64,000 bases of DNA from an uncultured Thalassospiraceae bacterium (GTDB lineage Bacteria > Pseudomonadota > Alphaproteobacteria > Rhodospirillales > 2-02-FULL-58-16). The stretch lies in assembly GCA_964632795.1 (NCBI GenBank), contig CAZWEZ010000002.1:28702-92701 (forward strand), given 5' to 3'. Every line of letters starts with the position of its first letter. The first letter of the stretch is position 1. The notes under the pieces were generated by a model. The model saw only the letters and a list, made by a program, of their open reading frames with translations, made no database searches and was not told the DNA's origin. Position numbers and translations under genes: made by a program. Positions 1 through 10,150 of the stretch are shown here, one piece after another.

Positions 1-1841
1 GCCAGGGCCCGGGCCTCGACCTCCATGCCGACCCTGCCAAGGCTGGTCAGGACCCGTTTGAGGACCACCGGATCGGCCTCGCCGGGGCCGCCCTCGCCGA
101 GCGCCAGCAGGGACAGCAGCACGGTCTCGGCGCGCCGTCCGCCGCCCTCGCCGCCGTCACCGGAAGCCAAGGCCAGGCGGCGCCACAACGCCGGGGTGGG
201 CATCGCCACCGTCTTGCGGCCGGGGCCGCCGAGCAGGGCCTCCCACGATTCGGGGGCGATCGGCCAGCCGAGGGTCTCGCCCAGGCTGTAGAGCATGGCG
301 GCGCGTTCGGGCGCCCCGTCGCGCAGTTTGGCGTCCTCCCACCAGGCCGCCAGTTCGGCCGCCCCGTCGCCGTTCCCCTCGCCACCGCCGGCCAGGCGGA
401 CCACCGGCTTGAGGGCGACCAGCGCCGTCGCCGACTCGACGTCGAATCGGGCGCTGGCCTTCAGCTGATCGAACCACAACGCGGCGATCTCCAGTTCGCC
501 GCCGATCAACAGGGCGCGCACCGCCTCGGGGGCGAACCACATCAGTTCGGCGGTCGGCGGGATGCGGTTGAGGATCGGCAGGAAGACCCGGACCGTGGAG
601 GCGTAGCGGCCGCCCTCGCGGGCCAGGGACAGGGCCCGGGCGACGGCCTCGGCCTGCGCCGTGGGCACGGTCTGGACCAGCGCCGTGCGGTACAGCAGGG
701 CCCGGCTCAGGGGGCCGCTTTCGGCCTCGGCCCTGGACAGCGGGTTGGCCAGGTCCTGGTCACTGAACGAGACCCCGGTGTAGAGCTGGCGCAGGATGTC
801 GACCGGCAGGGCGCCCGCCGCCTCGGCCCGTTCGGCGGCCTCCAGCCTGAGCCCGACCGGGGCGTAGGGGCTGATGGCGATGGTCCGCAAGACCCCGGGG
901 TTGTCCGACGACAACACATCGGCCGGCAATTTGACCTTGACCACTCGCGCCATCGCCAGGTGAAGCGGGGTCGGATCGGGCAGGCTGTCGATGACCGCCC
1001 CGCCCCCGGCGGCCAGCGCCTCGATCAATTGGAAGAACACCGCGTCGTCCTCGCCCATCTCGCGCAGCAGGGCGACGCCGAGCGCCGACTTGGCGTACTG
1101 GCCGGCCAGGCTCTGGCAGAAGATGTAGACTTTCTGCCAGTAGGCGCTCGGCAGGACGGTGATCTGGCCGGAGGCCAGGGCGCAGGCGCGGGCGTTGTCG
1201 TTGGCCAGCAGGCGGGCATCGGCCTCGACCCTGGCCAGGCTTTCGATGTCCTCGCGGCCCGGGGTCACGCTGAGCAGCCGGTTGACGCCGACCAGGTCGC
1301 CCATCGCCGCCAGCAACTCGGCCCGCAGCACCACCAGGCCGCCGCCCGGCGCTTCCCCCCTCGGCGCGGCGGCCGCCGACAGCAGCAGGCGGCGCATCAG
1401 GTCGCGCATCGCCGTCGAACCGGTGTTGACCGGCAACCGCGGCAGCAGGGTCTCGACCAGGTTGCGGCTGGTGCCCTCCCACATGGCGTCCCCGAAGCCC
1501 CCTTGGGATTCGGACAGGACCCCCACCGCGTCGGGGTCGATGGTCCTCAGCGGATCGACCTGAACCCCTCCCTTGGCCGCGGGCGCCGTATCCGAGGACG
1601 GAATCGCCACCGGGGTCACGCCGGCCGGCCACGACGCCGACGGCGCCGTCTCCTCGGGCGCCGGTTCCCCCGACAGCGGCGTGGGCGGCGTCACCGGCTT
1701 GAGCAGCAGGGGCGGGATCAGGCGCAGCGGCCCGGTGTCGGGCGAGGACTCCTGGGCCAACCCCTGGCCGGGGGCCGCGGCGGCCCACAGGATCAGCGCC
1801 AGAAAGGGTCCGAACGGGCTTCTATTGGGGGAAACGATCAT
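1..1841 (-). CDS. Secreted hypothetical protein, truncated by the left window edge
   Basis: The frame is open from ATG at 1841 to the left edge with no stop, so it is missing from the ORF track. The N-terminus MIVSPNRSPFGPFLALILWAAAAPGQGLAQE looks like a signal peptide. The rest reads as ordinary Ala/Leu-rich protein, unlike the Arg/Gly/Pro-rich overlapping track ORFs. Confidence 0.55.
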   Translation of the reverse strand, partial: MIVSPNRSPFGPFLALILWAAAAPGQGLAQESSPDTGPLRLIPPLLLKPVTPPTPLSGEPAPEETAPSASWPAGVTPVAIPSSDTAPAAKGGVQVDPLRTIDPDAVGVLSESQGGFGDAMWEGTSRNLVETLLPRLPVNTGSTAMRDLMRRLLLSAAAAPRGEAPGGGLVVLRAELLAAMGDLVGVNRLLSVTPGREDIESLARVEADARLLANDNARACALASGQITVLPSAYWQKVYIFCQSLAGQYAKSALGVALLREMGEDDAVFFQLIEALAAGGGAVIDSLPDPTPLHLAMARVVKVKLPADVLSSDNPGVLRTIAISPYAPVGLRLEAAERAEAAGALPVDILRQLYTGVSFSDQDLANPLSRAEAESGPLSRALLYRTALVQTVPTAQAEAVARALSLAREGGRYASTVRVFLPILNRIPPTAELMWFAPEAVRALLIGGELEIAALWFDQLKASARFDVESATALVALKPVVRLAGGGEGNGDGAAELAAWWEDAKLRDGAPERAAMLYSLGETLGWPIAPESWEALLGGPGRKTVAMPTPALWRRLALASGDGGEGGGRRAETVLLSLLALGEGGPGEADPVVLKRVLTSLGRVGMEVEARAL

Positions 1842-2122
1842 CGGGGATCACTCTTTCGACCTCGGCCGACGGCGCCGGCATGTCCCATGTCGCCAAGAAC
1901 ACCACGGTGCCGACGATCGCCGCCAACACCACCAACAAGACGATTTTGGAAACGTTTATCATTCAGGTCCCTGGCGACGGGGGGGCAGGAGACGTCCCGT
2001 CTTGACGACAGCCGTTGGGCATTGTGGTAGGGTCCAAATATGGCAATTTTTCGGCAGTCTATCGGCTTGGCCGGGCGCATTCAACGGCCCCGCGGCGGAC
2101 GGCGGACGGCGGCGGCCGGCCG

Positions 2123-2659
2123 ATGACCCCTCCCCCGCCCTCCCTGCACGGCAAATCCATCGTCCTGGTCGGCCTGATGGGGGCCGGCAAGACCAGCGTC
2201 GGGCGGCGGCTGGCCAGGCATTACGGATTGGAGTTCGTCGACGCCGACGACGAGATCGCCGAGGCCGCCGGAAGCTCGATCGAGGACATCTTCGAGCTCT
2301 ACGGCGAGGCCGAGTTCCGCGACGGCGAGCTTCGGGTCATCACCCGGCTGCTGGACGTCGGGCCGCGGGTGGTGGCGACCGGCGGCGGCGCCTTCATGAA
2401 CCCCCGGATCCGGGCCAAGATCCGCGAAACCGGCATCTCCGTGTGGCTGCGCGCCGACCTCGAGGTCCTGGTCCGGCGCACCGGCCGGCGGGGCGGCCGG
2501 CCGTTGCTGAAGGACGGCGATCCCCGCCTCATCCTGGCCGAGCTGATCGACCGGCGCTACCCGGTGTACGCCCAGGCCGACCTCGCCGTCGATACCGACG
2601 ACGAATCCACCGATACCACGGTGGAGCGTATCATCGCCGCCCTGGAGGCCCTCCCGTGA
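2123..2659 (+). CDS. aroK: Shikimate kinase
   Basis: Has the Walker A motif GLMGAGKTSVGRRLA and typical shikimate kinase text (FVDADDEIE, FRDGE, ATGGGAF). ATG at 2123 was chosen inside track ORF 2015..2659. aroB lies immediately downstream. Confidence 0.9.
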   Translation: MTPPPPSLHGKSIVLVGLMGAGKTSVGRRLARHYGLEFVDADDEIAEAAGSSIEDIFELYGEAEFRDGELRVITRLLDVGPRVVATGGGAFMNPRIRAKIRETGISVWLRADLEVLVRRTGRRGGRPLLKDGDPRLILAELIDRRYPVYAQADLAVDTDDESTDTTVERIIAALEALP

Positions 2660-3807
2660 GCCCGCCCATGAGTCCCCCGGCGGCGGACCGCCTGCGCGTC
2701 GAGCTGGGCCCGCGGAGCTACGACATCGTGGTCGGCGAGGGCCTGCTGGCCGAGGCCGGGCACCACCTCGCCCCCCTGCTGGCGGGTTCCGGCGCGGTCG
2801 TCGTCAGCGACGACAACGTGGCCCCGCTCTACCTGGGCGAGGTCGAGGCGTCCCTCGACGCGGCGGGGGTGGAGCACGCCTCCATCGTCCTTCCCGCCGG
2901 CGAGCCGACCAAGGACTTCGACCACCTTCGCGTGCTCACCGACAAGCTGCTGGAGGCGCGGATCGAACGCTCGTCCCTGGTCGTCGCGCTGGGCGGCGGG
3001 GTGGTCGGCGACATCGCCGGCTTCGCCGCCGCGATCACCCTGCGCGGGCTGCCCTTGGTCCACCTGCCGACGACCCTGCTGGCCCAGGTCGACAGCGCGG
3101 TCGGCGGCAAGACCGGGATCAACGTCCGGGCCGGCAAGAACCTGATCGGCGCCTTCCACCAGCCGCGCCTGGTGCTGTCCGACATCTCCACCCTGGACAC
3201 CCTGACGCCACGCGACCTGGTGGCCGGCTACGGCGAGGTGGTCAAGTACGGGCTGATCGGCGACGGCGACTTCTTCGCCTGGCTGGAGGCCAACGGGGCG
3301 GCGCTGTGCGGCGGCGACACGGCGGCCCGCCGCCACGCCGTGCTGACCAGTTGCGCCGCCAAGGCCGCCATCGTCGCCGCCGACGAGAGGGAATCGGGGG
3401 TCCGCGCCCTGCTCAACCTGGGCCACACCTTCGGCCATGCCCTGGAGGCGCGCAGCGGCTATTGCGAAGCCCTGCTGCACGGCGAGGCGGTCGCCATCGG
3501 CATGGTGCTGGCCTTCGAACTGTCGGCGCGCATGGGCCTGTGCCCCGGCGGGGACGGCCACCGGGTGCGCCGCCACCTGGCCGCCATCGGCCTTCCCGTG
3601 GCGCTGGCCGAAATCGCCGATTCGTCGTGGACCGTCGAATCCCTGATCGACCTCATGGGAGCGGACAAGAAGGTACGCGGCGGCAAGTCCACCTTCGTGC
3701 TGGCCCGGGGCATCGGCAAGGCCTTCGTGTGCCGCGACGTCGCCCTCGACGACGTCCGCGCCCTGCTCGACGACGCCCTCGGCGAACAGGAAGAAAATGG
3801 TGGCTGA
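2656..3807 (+). CDS. aroB: 3-dehydroquinate synthase
   Basis: This is the C-terminal 383 codons of track ORF 1573..3807. Diagnostic motifs are GGGVVGDIAGFAAA, LPTTLLAQVDSAVGGKTGIN, NLGHTFGHALE and HGEAVAIGM. The GTG at 2656 overlaps the aroK stop (GTGA); ATG at 2668 is an alternative start. Confidence 0.9.
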   Translation: MSPPMSPPAADRLRVELGPRSYDIVVGEGLLAEAGHHLAPLLAGSGAVVVSDDNVAPLYLGEVEASLDAAGVEHASIVLPAGEPTKDFDHLRVLTDKLLEARIERSSLVVALGGGVVGDIAGFAAAITLRGLPLVHLPTTLLAQVDSAVGGKTGINVRAGKNLIGAFHQPRLVLSDISTLDTLTPRDLVAGYGEVVKYGLIGDGDFFAWLEANGAALCGGDTAARRHAVLTSCAAKAAIVAADERESGVRALLNLGHTFGHALEARSGYCEALLHGEAVAIGMVLAFELSARMGLCPGGDGHRVRRHLAAIGLPVALAEIADSSWTVESLIDLMGADKKVRGGKSTFVLARGIGKAFVCRDVALDDVRALLDDALGEQEENGG

Positions 3808-3821
3808 ACAGAGAGGCGCCC

Positions 3822-4268
3822 ATGCAATACAAGATCATTCCCGACATCATCGAGGAGCAGTCGGTGTGCCAGCTTCCCGAGATGAGCACGGTCCTGGAGG
3901 CATCCAAACAGATGCTCGATTGCAACGTCGCCGCCATCGCCGTCATCGACGAGGACGGCAAGCTCCAGGGGATCGTCACCGAACGCGACCTGACCCGGCG
4001 GGTCATGGCCAAGGGCCTGGACCCCAGGAAAACCCAGATCGCCCAGGTCATGACCAGGAATCCCGACACCCTGGCCCCCGGAGACATGGCGGCGGACGCG
4101 CTGGAGCTGATGCAGAGCCGCAAATACCGGCACCTGCCGGTGGTCGAGGACGGCCGGGTGCTCGGCATGGTCTCCATCCGCGACCTCTACGCGGCGGTGA
4201 AGAAGACCTTGGAGAAGGACATCCGTGAAACCGAGGCCTTCGTCTTCGGCGACCGCTACGGGGTGTGA
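3822..4268 (+). CDS. CBS domain pair protein
   Basis: A 148-aa product from ATG 3822 in the last part of track ORF 3306..4268. It has two CBS-like repeats (AIAVIDEDGKLQGIVTERDL and HLPVVEDGRVLGMVSIRDL). Confidence 0.85.
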   Translation: MQYKIIPDIIEEQSVCQLPEMSTVLEASKQMLDCNVAAIAVIDEDGKLQGIVTERDLTRRVMAKGLDPRKTQIAQVMTRNPDTLAPGDMAADALELMQSRKYRHLPVVEDGRVLGMVSIRDLYAAVKKTLEKDIRETEAFVFGDRYGV

Positions 4269-4334
4269 GGAGACCCCTCGACGTTCGACGGCCAACGGCG
4301 GGCGGCCTCCCATCTCCGCCAACCAAGGAATGCC

Positions 4335-4886
4335 ATGCCTCTATCCAAACCCGTCCCCCGCCAGCACATCCACAGCCGCCACCTCCACTGCCGCGGCTAC
4401 CATAGGGACGACGGCCTGTGGGACATCGAGGCCTTGCTGATCGACACCAAGACCTACTCGTTCGACAACCTCGACCGCGGCGGCGTCAACAGCGGCGAAC
4501 CCATCCACCAGATGGGGTTCCGCCTGACCATCGACGACGAGATGGTGGTCCGCGATGCCGAAGCCGCCATCGACGCCGCCCCGTTCGGCGTCTGCGCCAA
4601 GATCGTCTCCACCTTCGAGGCCCTGAAGGGGCTGCGCATCGCCCCGGGATGGCGCCAGGCGGTCGCTTCGCGGGTCGGCGGCGTCAAGGGTTGCACCCAT
4701 CTCACCGATCTGCTGGTGGGGCCGCTGACGGTGGTCGCCAACCTGACCGTGCGCGACACCAGGACCCGCCGCCGGGCTCCCGCGGCCGTCGGCGACAAGC
4801 CGCCCCACCTCGATACCTGCCACGCCCTGGCCAGCGACAGCCCGGTGGTCAAGCGCGAATGGCCGGACTTCTACGAGGGAGATTGA
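4335..4886 (+). CDS. DUF2889-like protein
   Basis: A 183-aa ORF with a GVKGCTHLTDLL motif that I recall as typical of DUF2889. The assignment is from memory only. Confidence 0.55.
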   Translation: MPLSKPVPRQHIHSRHLHCRGYHRDDGLWDIEALLIDTKTYSFDNLDRGGVNSGEPIHQMGFRLTIDDEMVVRDAEAAIDAAPFGVCAKIVSTFEALKGLRIAPGWRQAVASRVGGVKGCTHLTDLLVGPLTVVANLTVRDTRTRRRAPAAVGDKPPHLDTCHALASDSPVVKREWPDFYEGD

Positions 4887-5158
4887 TCCTCTTCCGGGGT
4901 CAGGGTCTTGAGCGACAGGGCATGGACGGCCCCCGCCAGTTCCGCGGCCAGCACGCCGTGGACCATCCGCTGGCGTTGGAGGGCGGACTTGCCGGCGAAG
5001 GCCGCCGACACCACCTCGACGGCGAAATGGCTCTCGCCTTCGGGGCGGGCGGCGGCGTGGCCGGCGTGGAGATGGGATCGATCGACCACCTCCAGGCGCG
5101 AGGGCGACAGCGCCTCGGCCAGCTTGCGTTCCATGTCCTCGGCGATGCCCATGGTCAT
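4871..5158 (-). CDS. bolA: BolA family protein
   Basis: The C-terminal text HFAVEVVSAAFAGKSALQRQRMVHGVLAAELAGAVHALSLKTLTPEE fits the BolA fold signature. The start was moved to ATG 5158 (MTMGIAE) within track ORF 4871..5248. Confidence 0.75.
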   Translation of the reverse strand: MTMGIAEDMERKLAEALSPSRLEVVDRSHLHAGHAAARPEGESHFAVEVVSAAFAGKSALQRQRMVHGVLAAELAGAVHALSLKTLTPEEDQSPS

Positions 5159-5232
5159 CGACCCCTTTTCGGAATTGCGCTGGTGGCCTGAATCGGACAT
5201 ATGGATACCATATGTTGGATTCAATCCATTAG

Positions 5233-6171
5233 ATGAGCCAATCGACACAACGCCGGGCCTACCTGTTGCTGGGGGCGGTGATCGTGCTGTGGGGGGCCAA
5301 CTGGCCGATCATGAAGGTCGGCATCGGCTACATCCCCCCGCTATGGTTCGCCGCCGCCCGGATCCTGCTCGGGGGCGGCTGCCTGTTCTTTCTGCTGGCG
5401 GTCCAGGGGCGGCTGCGCCTGCCGGGGCGCGGCGATCTGTGGGTGCTGCTTTCGGTCGGCATCGGCCAGCTGGCCTTCGGCCTGGCGCTGATTCACCTCG
5501 CCCTGCAGTTCGTGGACGCCGGGCGATCGGCCATCCTCGCCTACACCACGCCGCTGTGGGTGGCGCCGATGGCGGTGGCCCTGCTCGGCGAACGGCTGGG
5601 CGCAGGCAAGCTGGCCGGCCTGGTGCTGGGGCTCGGCGGGGTCGGGGTGCTGTTCAACCCGACCGCCTTCGACTTCTCGAACCCCCAGGCGCTGATCGGC
5701 AACGCCATGCTGCTGGCCTCGGCGGTGGTCCTGGCGGCGGTGATCGTCCACATCCGCCGCCGCCGCTGGGCCCTGAGCCCGGTCCAGCTGATGCCCTGGC
5801 AGATGCTGCTGGGCGGGGTGCTGCTGGCCGCCGCCGCCGCCTGGCTCGAGGACGCCGCCGAGATTCGCTGGTCGTGGGAACTGGCCGCCGTCCTCGCCTA
5901 CAACGGGCCGGTGGCCTCCGCCTTCTGCTTCTGGGCCTACGTCACCGTGATGCGCTCCCTGCCGGCGATCAACACCTCGCTGGGCTCGCTGGGGGTGCCG
6001 GTGGCCGGGGTGCTGTTCTCGGCCCTGGCCCTGGGCGAGCCGTTGAGCATGACCATAACCGCGGGCCTGGTCCTGATCACCGCCGGCGTCGCCCTGGTCG
6101 TCCTGGCCGACTTCCGCCGGGTGCGGCCGAAGCCGGACCCAGCTTGCCAGGGGGGGGCGGAAGGACCATAG
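5233..6171 (+). CDS. EamA/DMT family transporter
   Basis: A 312-aa polytopic membrane protein with about ten hydrophobic segments. The start YLLLGAVIVLWGANWPIMKVG is typical of EamA domains. Confidence 0.85.
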   Translation: MSQSTQRRAYLLLGAVIVLWGANWPIMKVGIGYIPPLWFAAARILLGGGCLFFLLAVQGRLRLPGRGDLWVLLSVGIGQLAFGLALIHLALQFVDAGRSAILAYTTPLWVAPMAVALLGERLGAGKLAGLVLGLGGVGVLFNPTAFDFSNPQALIGNAMLLASAVVLAAVIVHIRRRRWALSPVQLMPWQMLLGGVLLAAAAAWLEDAAEIRWSWELAAVLAYNGPVASAFCFWAYVTVMRSLPAINTSLGSLGVPVAGVLFSALALGEPLSMTITAGLVLITAGVALVVLADFRRVRPKPDPACQGGAEGP

Positions 6172-6179
6172 TTATCGGC

Positions 6180-6743
6180 ATGCAGGGCAAGGAACACATA
6201 TGCGAGGTGCCGGTCGCCAAGGCCCCGGAGCAGGGCGTGCGCCTTTGCGAGTGGTCGGAGTGCGGCGAGGAAGGCCTGTACCGGGCGCCCCGCTCGCGTG
6301 AAGCCCTGCGCAGCTACCACTGGTTCTGTCTGGTCCACGTCCGCCGCTACAATTTGGCCTGGAACTATTACGCCGGGATGAACGACGCCGAGGTCGAGGC
6401 CGACATCCGCAGGGACACGGTGTGGGGCAGGCCGTCGTGGCCGTTGGCCGGCGGGCGGGCCGACTTCGACCGCCTCGACGACGTCTTCGGGATCTTCGAG
6501 GGTCCGGGCCACGACCCGTCGTGCCGCCCGACGGTCCCCGGCCGCGCCCCCGGACCCGAGGCCAGGGCGTTGGAGGTCCTCGACCTGCGCCCGCCGCTCA
6601 CCGTCCAGGCCGTCAAGGCCCGCTACAAGGAACTTGTCAAGCGCCACCACCCCGACGCCAACGGCGGCGACAAGGCCTGCGAGGAGAAGTTCAAGGTGAT
6701 CAGCCAGGCCTACGAAACCCTGATGGACGGCCTGGCCCCTTGA
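6180..6743 (+). CDS. J-domain (DnaJ-like) protein
   Basis: This is the last 187 codons of track ORF 4908..6743, starting at ATG 6180. The C-terminal J domain reads [37 protein letters not shown], including the HPD motif. Confidence 0.8.
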   Translation: MQGKEHICEVPVAKAPEQGVRLCEWSECGEEGLYRAPRSREALRSYHWFCLVHVRRYNLAWNYYAGMNDAEVEADIRRDTVWGRPSWPLAGGRADFDRLDDVFGIFEGPGHDPSCRPTVPGRAPGPEARALEVLDLRPPLTVQAVKARYKELVKRHHPDANGGDKACEEKFKVISQAYETLMDGLAP

Positions 6744-6801
6744 CGCCGACCTCGATTATCCCTTACGAGGCACCTGTTCCAACCACCGGAAAGACCGTTC
6801 G

Positions 6802-7806
6802 ATGACCTCGACCGCTCCTCCTGCTTCCACCTCCGGGTTCCCCCTCGACGTCCCGGACCTCTCGATCTCGGTGCGCCAGACCTTCGGCATCGACAGCGAC
6901 ATGAAGGTCCCCGCCTTCTCCGAGAGCGAAGAGCACGTGCCGGACATCGACGGCGCCTACCAGTTCGACCACGACACCTCGCTCGCCATCCTGTCGGGCT
7001 TCGCCTACAACCGGCGGGTCATGATCCAGGGCTACCACGGGACCGGCAAGTCGACCCACATCGAGCAGGTCGCCGCAAGGCTCAACTGGCCCTGCATCCG
7101 GATCAACCTGGACAGCCACATCAGCCGCATCGACCTGGTCGGCAAGGACGCCATCGTGTTGCGTGACGGCAAGCAGGTCACCGAGTTCCGCGAGGGCATG
7201 CTGCCGTGGGCGATCCAGCACCCCATCGCCATGGTGTTCGACGAATACGACGCCGGGCGCCCCGACGTGATGTTCGTGATCCAGCGGGTGCTGGAGGTCG
7301 AGGGCAAGCTGACGCTGCTCGACCAGAACCGGGTGATGACCCCGCACCCCTACTTCCGCTTGTTCTCGACCACCAACACCATCGGCCTGGGCGACACCAC
7401 CGGGCTCTACCACGGCACCCAGCAGATCAACCAGGGCCAGATGGACCGCTGGAACGTGGTGGCGACGCTCAACTACCTGCACCACGACGACGAGGTCAAG
7501 ATCGTGCTCTCCAAGGTCCCCTCCTACGACACCAAGAAGGGCCGCGAGACCATCGGCACCATGGTCGAAATGGCCGACCTGACCCGCTCCGGCTTCGTCA
7601 ACGGCGACATCTCGACGGTGATGTCGCCGCGCACGGTCATCAACTGGGCCGAGAACACCGACATCTTCAGGGACAAGGGGTTCGCCTTCCGACTCACCTT
7701 CCTCAACAAGTGCGACGAGCTCGAACGCCCGGTGGTCGCCGAGTACTACCAGCGCTGCTTCGGCGAGGAACTGCCCGAATCGGCGAGCCGGGTGACCTCG
7801 GCCTGA
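6802..7806 (+). CDS. cobS: CobS-type AAA ATPase (aerobic cobaltochelatase subunit family)
   Basis: A 334-aa product with Walker [10 protein letters not shown] and Walker [14 protein letters not shown]. The overall text matches my memory of CobS, and cobT follows directly. Confidence 0.85.
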   Translation: MTSTAPPASTSGFPLDVPDLSISVRQTFGIDSDMKVPAFSESEEHVPDIDGAYQFDHDTSLAILSGFAYNRRVMIQGYHGTGKSTHIEQVAARLNWPCIRINLDSHISRIDLVGKDAIVLRDGKQVTEFREGMLPWAIQHPIAMVFDEYDAGRPDVMFVIQRVLEVEGKLTLLDQNRVMTPHPYFRLFSTTNTIGLGDTTGLYHGTQQINQGQMDRWNVVATLNYLHHDDEVKIVLSKVPSYDTKKGRETIGTMVEMADLTRSGFVNGDISTVMSPRTVINWAENTDIFRDKGFAFRLTFLNKCDELERPVVAEYYQRCFGEELPESASRVTSA

Positions 7807-7818
7807 GATGTCCCTGAC

Positions 7819-9645
7819 GTGAACCCGTCGGAAGCCCCCGCGGATCTGATCAAACGGGTCACCTCGGCGACCCTCAAGGCGGTGTCCGGGCGCCGCGAGG
7901 TGAGCGTCGACTTCACCCCCGCCGCCAACGCCGGGCTGAGCGGCCAGGCGGCCCACCTGCCGAGCCCGCCGCCCCAGCCCACCCGGCGCGGGATGCGCCA
8001 ACTGAGGGGGGCCGCCGATTCCCTGGCCCTGCGCCTGCGCTACCACGACGAAGGCCTGCACCGGCGCCGGGCGCCGACGGGAGGCGAGGCCGGGACGGTG
8101 TTCGACGCCGTCGAGCAGGCCCGCGTCGAGGCGTTGGGCTGCCGCCGCATGGCCGGGGTCGCCGACAACCTGAGCGGCCTGCTCGAGGACCGCTGCCAGG
8201 GCTACGCCGGAACCAGCGAGCGGGTCTCCGAACAGCTCCCCGAGGCGCTGTCGCTGGTCGTCCGCGAAAGCCTGACCGGGGCCCCGCCGCCCCAGGCCGC
8301 CGCCGCCATGGTCGAGCTGTGGCGGCCGTGGTTCGACAAGCGCGTCGGCGCCCAGTTGCAGCGCCTCGGCGAACGCCTCGACGACCAGCAGGGGTTCGCC
8401 GAGGTCGCCGCCGAGATGATCCGCATCCTCGACCTGATCGAGGAAGAGGGGCCGCTGGACGAGGATTCGGAGCCCGACCAGCCCGAGGACCAGGACCAGC
8501 CCGAGAGCCGCGAGGCCGACTCCGAGGCCGAGGGGTCGATGGCCGGCGAGGACGCCGAGGGCGATTTCGACGACGGCGCCGAGACGGCGCCCGGCGAGGA
8601 TGACCTGATGATGCCCGGCGACGAGGAGCCGGCCGGCCCCAGGCCCCCCGGGTCGCCGTGGCCCGGCAACGCCCCCCGGGGGCCGGTCTATAACGCCTAC
8701 AGCCCGAACTTCGACGAGGTGGTGGAGGCCGCCTCGCTGTGCAGTGCCGAGGAACTGGACCGCCTCAGGGCGCAACTGGACCAACAGTTGTCCCACCTCC
8801 AAGGCGTGGTGGCGCGGCTCGCCAACCGTCTCCAGCGACGCCTCCTGGCCAAGCAGACCCGATCCTGGGAGTTCGACCAGGAGGAAGGCCTGTTGGACGC
8901 CGGCCGGCTGTCGCGCGTCGTCGTCGATCCGGCCCACCCGCTGTCCTACAAGCTGGAGAAGGAGACCGACTTCCGCGACACCGTGGTCAGCCTGCTGATC
9001 GACAACTCGGGCTCGATGCGCGGCCGCCCCATAACGGTGGCCGCGATGAGCACCGACATCCTGGCCCGGACCCTGGAAAGGTGCGCGGTCAAGGTCGAGA
9101 TCCTGGGCTTCACCACCCGCGCCTGGAAGGGCGGGGCGGCGCGCGAGAAGTGGGTCGCCGACGGCAAGCCCAAGAACCCGGGCCGGCTCAACGATCTGCG
9201 CCACATCGTCTACAAGGGCGCCGACATGCCGTGGCGCCGCACCCGCAAGAACCTGGGGCTGATGCTGCGCGAGGGCCTGCTCAAGGAGAACATCGACGGC
9301 GAGGCCCTGCTGTGGGCCCACAACCGGCTGCTGGCGAGGCCCGAGCAGCGCCGAATCCTGATGGTGATCTCCGACGGCGCGCCGGTCGACGACGCCACCC
9401 TGTCGGCCAACCCCGGCAACTACCTGGAGACCCACCTGCGCCAGGTCATCGCGTGGATCGAGGCCCGCTCGCCGGTCGAGCTGACGGCGATCGGCATCGG
9501 CCACGACGTAACCCGCTACTACCACCGGGCGGTGACCCTCACGGATGCCGAGGAACTGGGCGGCACCATGATGCAGAACCTGATGGACCTGTTCGACGAA
9601 GAAACCCAACCCTCTGGCCACCGCCGCCGGGCGGGCAGGATGTGA
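7819..9645 (+). CDS. cobT: CobT-type VWA protein (cobaltochelatase subunit family)
   Basis: A 608-aa product with a GTG start. It has an acidic low-complexity linker ([22 protein letters not shown]) and a C-terminal VWA/MIDAS region ([11 protein letters not shown]). It is paired with cobS. Confidence 0.85.
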   Translation: MNPSEAPADLIKRVTSATLKAVSGRREVSVDFTPAANAGLSGQAAHLPSPPPQPTRRGMRQLRGAADSLALRLRYHDEGLHRRRAPTGGEAGTVFDAVEQARVEALGCRRMAGVADNLSGLLEDRCQGYAGTSERVSEQLPEALSLVVRESLTGAPPPQAAAAMVELWRPWFDKRVGAQLQRLGERLDDQQGFAEVAAEMIRILDLIEEEGPLDEDSEPDQPEDQDQPESREADSEAEGSMAGEDAEGDFDDGAETAPGEDDLMMPGDEEPAGPRPPGSPWPGNAPRGPVYNAYSPNFDEVVEAASLCSAEELDRLRAQLDQQLSHLQGVVARLANRLQRRLLAKQTRSWEFDQEEGLLDAGRLSRVVVDPAHPLSYKLEKETDFRDTVVSLLIDNSGSMRGRPITVAAMSTDILARTLERCAVKVEILGFTTRAWKGGAAREKWVADGKPKNPGRLNDLRHIVYKGADMPWRRTRKNLGLMLREGLLKENIDGEALLWAHNRLLARPEQRRILMVISDGAPVDDATLSANPGNYLETHLRQVIAWIEARSPVELTAIGIGHDVTRYYHRAVTLTDAEELGGTMMQNLMDLFDEETQPSGHRRRAGRM

Positions 9646-9663
9646 AGATAGCCGTTGTCGATT

Positions 9664-9681
9664 TATAACAATTTTGTTATA
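9664..9681. promoter_or_regulatory. Inverted repeat TATAACAA-TT-TTGTTATA, candidate toxin-antitoxin operator
   Basis: Perfect 8-bp arms with a 2-bp spacer, in an AT-rich patch. It sits 3 bp upstream of the ATG of the toxin remnant and antitoxin gene. Confidence 0.4.
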
Positions 9682-9683
9682 TT

Positions 9684-9737
9684 ATGGCTTGGGCCGTAGA
9701 GACCCTCGACAAACGGGTGGACCGTGAGATCAAAGCT
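9684..9737 (+). pseudogene. Remnant of a RelE/HigB-family toxin gene (first ~18 codons only)
   Basis: ATG at 9684 encodes MAWAVETLDKRVDREIKA, which resembles N-termini of RelE/ParE/HigB-type toxins. The frame then runs out of register through the antitoxin gene and stops at 9812. Confidence 0.35.
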
Positions 9738-10020
9738 CCGCGATCTGAAGAAGGTCCTTCTCCAGGACCCCGAAACCCGCGCCGAATACGACGCCCGCGC
9801 TTCGGAGTATGAACTTGCCGGCACCCTCATCGCGGCCCGCAAGACGGCGGGCCTGACCCAGCAACAGGTGGCGGAACGGATGGGCACTAAACAAGCCGCC
9901 GTCGCCCGCATGGAAAGCGGCGCCCAAAAACCAAGCTTCAAAAGCATCGAACGCTACGCCAAAGCCACCGGCCACAAAGCCCACATAACCCTGACCCCGG
10001 CGGGCCACGATAACGCATGA
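9724..10020 (+). CDS. HTH XRE-family antitoxin (HigA-like), orphan
   Basis: A 98-aa product with a GTG start. It has the HTH motif GLTQQQVAERMGTKQAAVARMESG and an N-terminal DPETRAEYDA segment typical of HigA-like antitoxins. Confidence 0.8.
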   Translation: MRSKLRDLKKVLLQDPETRAEYDARASEYELAGTLIAARKTAGLTQQQVAERMGTKQAAVARMESGAQKPSFKSIERYAKATGHKAHITLTPAGHDNA

Positions 10021-10150
10021 GGGGTTTCGGGCGGGGGTCTGTATGGCAAGGAACTTGAGTTCCGATGCGCTGCTCAGGCAACATCTACTCCAGCTACGGC
10101 TATTTGGCCCACAGCAAACATTCCGTTGAAAAAGTGTTTTGATGGATTGC

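Noticed and set aside
1573-3807. Apparent 744-aa protein; likewise 4908..6743 (611 aa), 58503..61238 (911 aa), 56944..58506 (520 aa) and 27326..28291 (321 aa).
   Set aside because: Only the C-terminal part of each is a recognisable protein (AroB, J-domain protein, GlpC, GlpB, MarR). The N-terminal extensions overlap upstream genes in another frame and are low-complexity. Internal starts with coupling overlaps (GTGA or ATGA) fit better.
6763-9621. A 952-aa minus-strand ORF. Similar very long ORFs occur at 29874..33056 (minus), 17759..20428 (plus), 35002..37176 (plus), 13276..15654 (plus), 41555..43030 (minus) and 55661..57271 (minus).
   Set aside because: All lie antisense to, or out of frame with, genes that have clear family motifs (cobS/cobT, the RND pump, MttB, the symporter, icd, glpA). 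Their translations are Arg/Gly/Pro/Ala/Asp low-complexity text, typical of stop-free alternative frames in GC-rich DNA.
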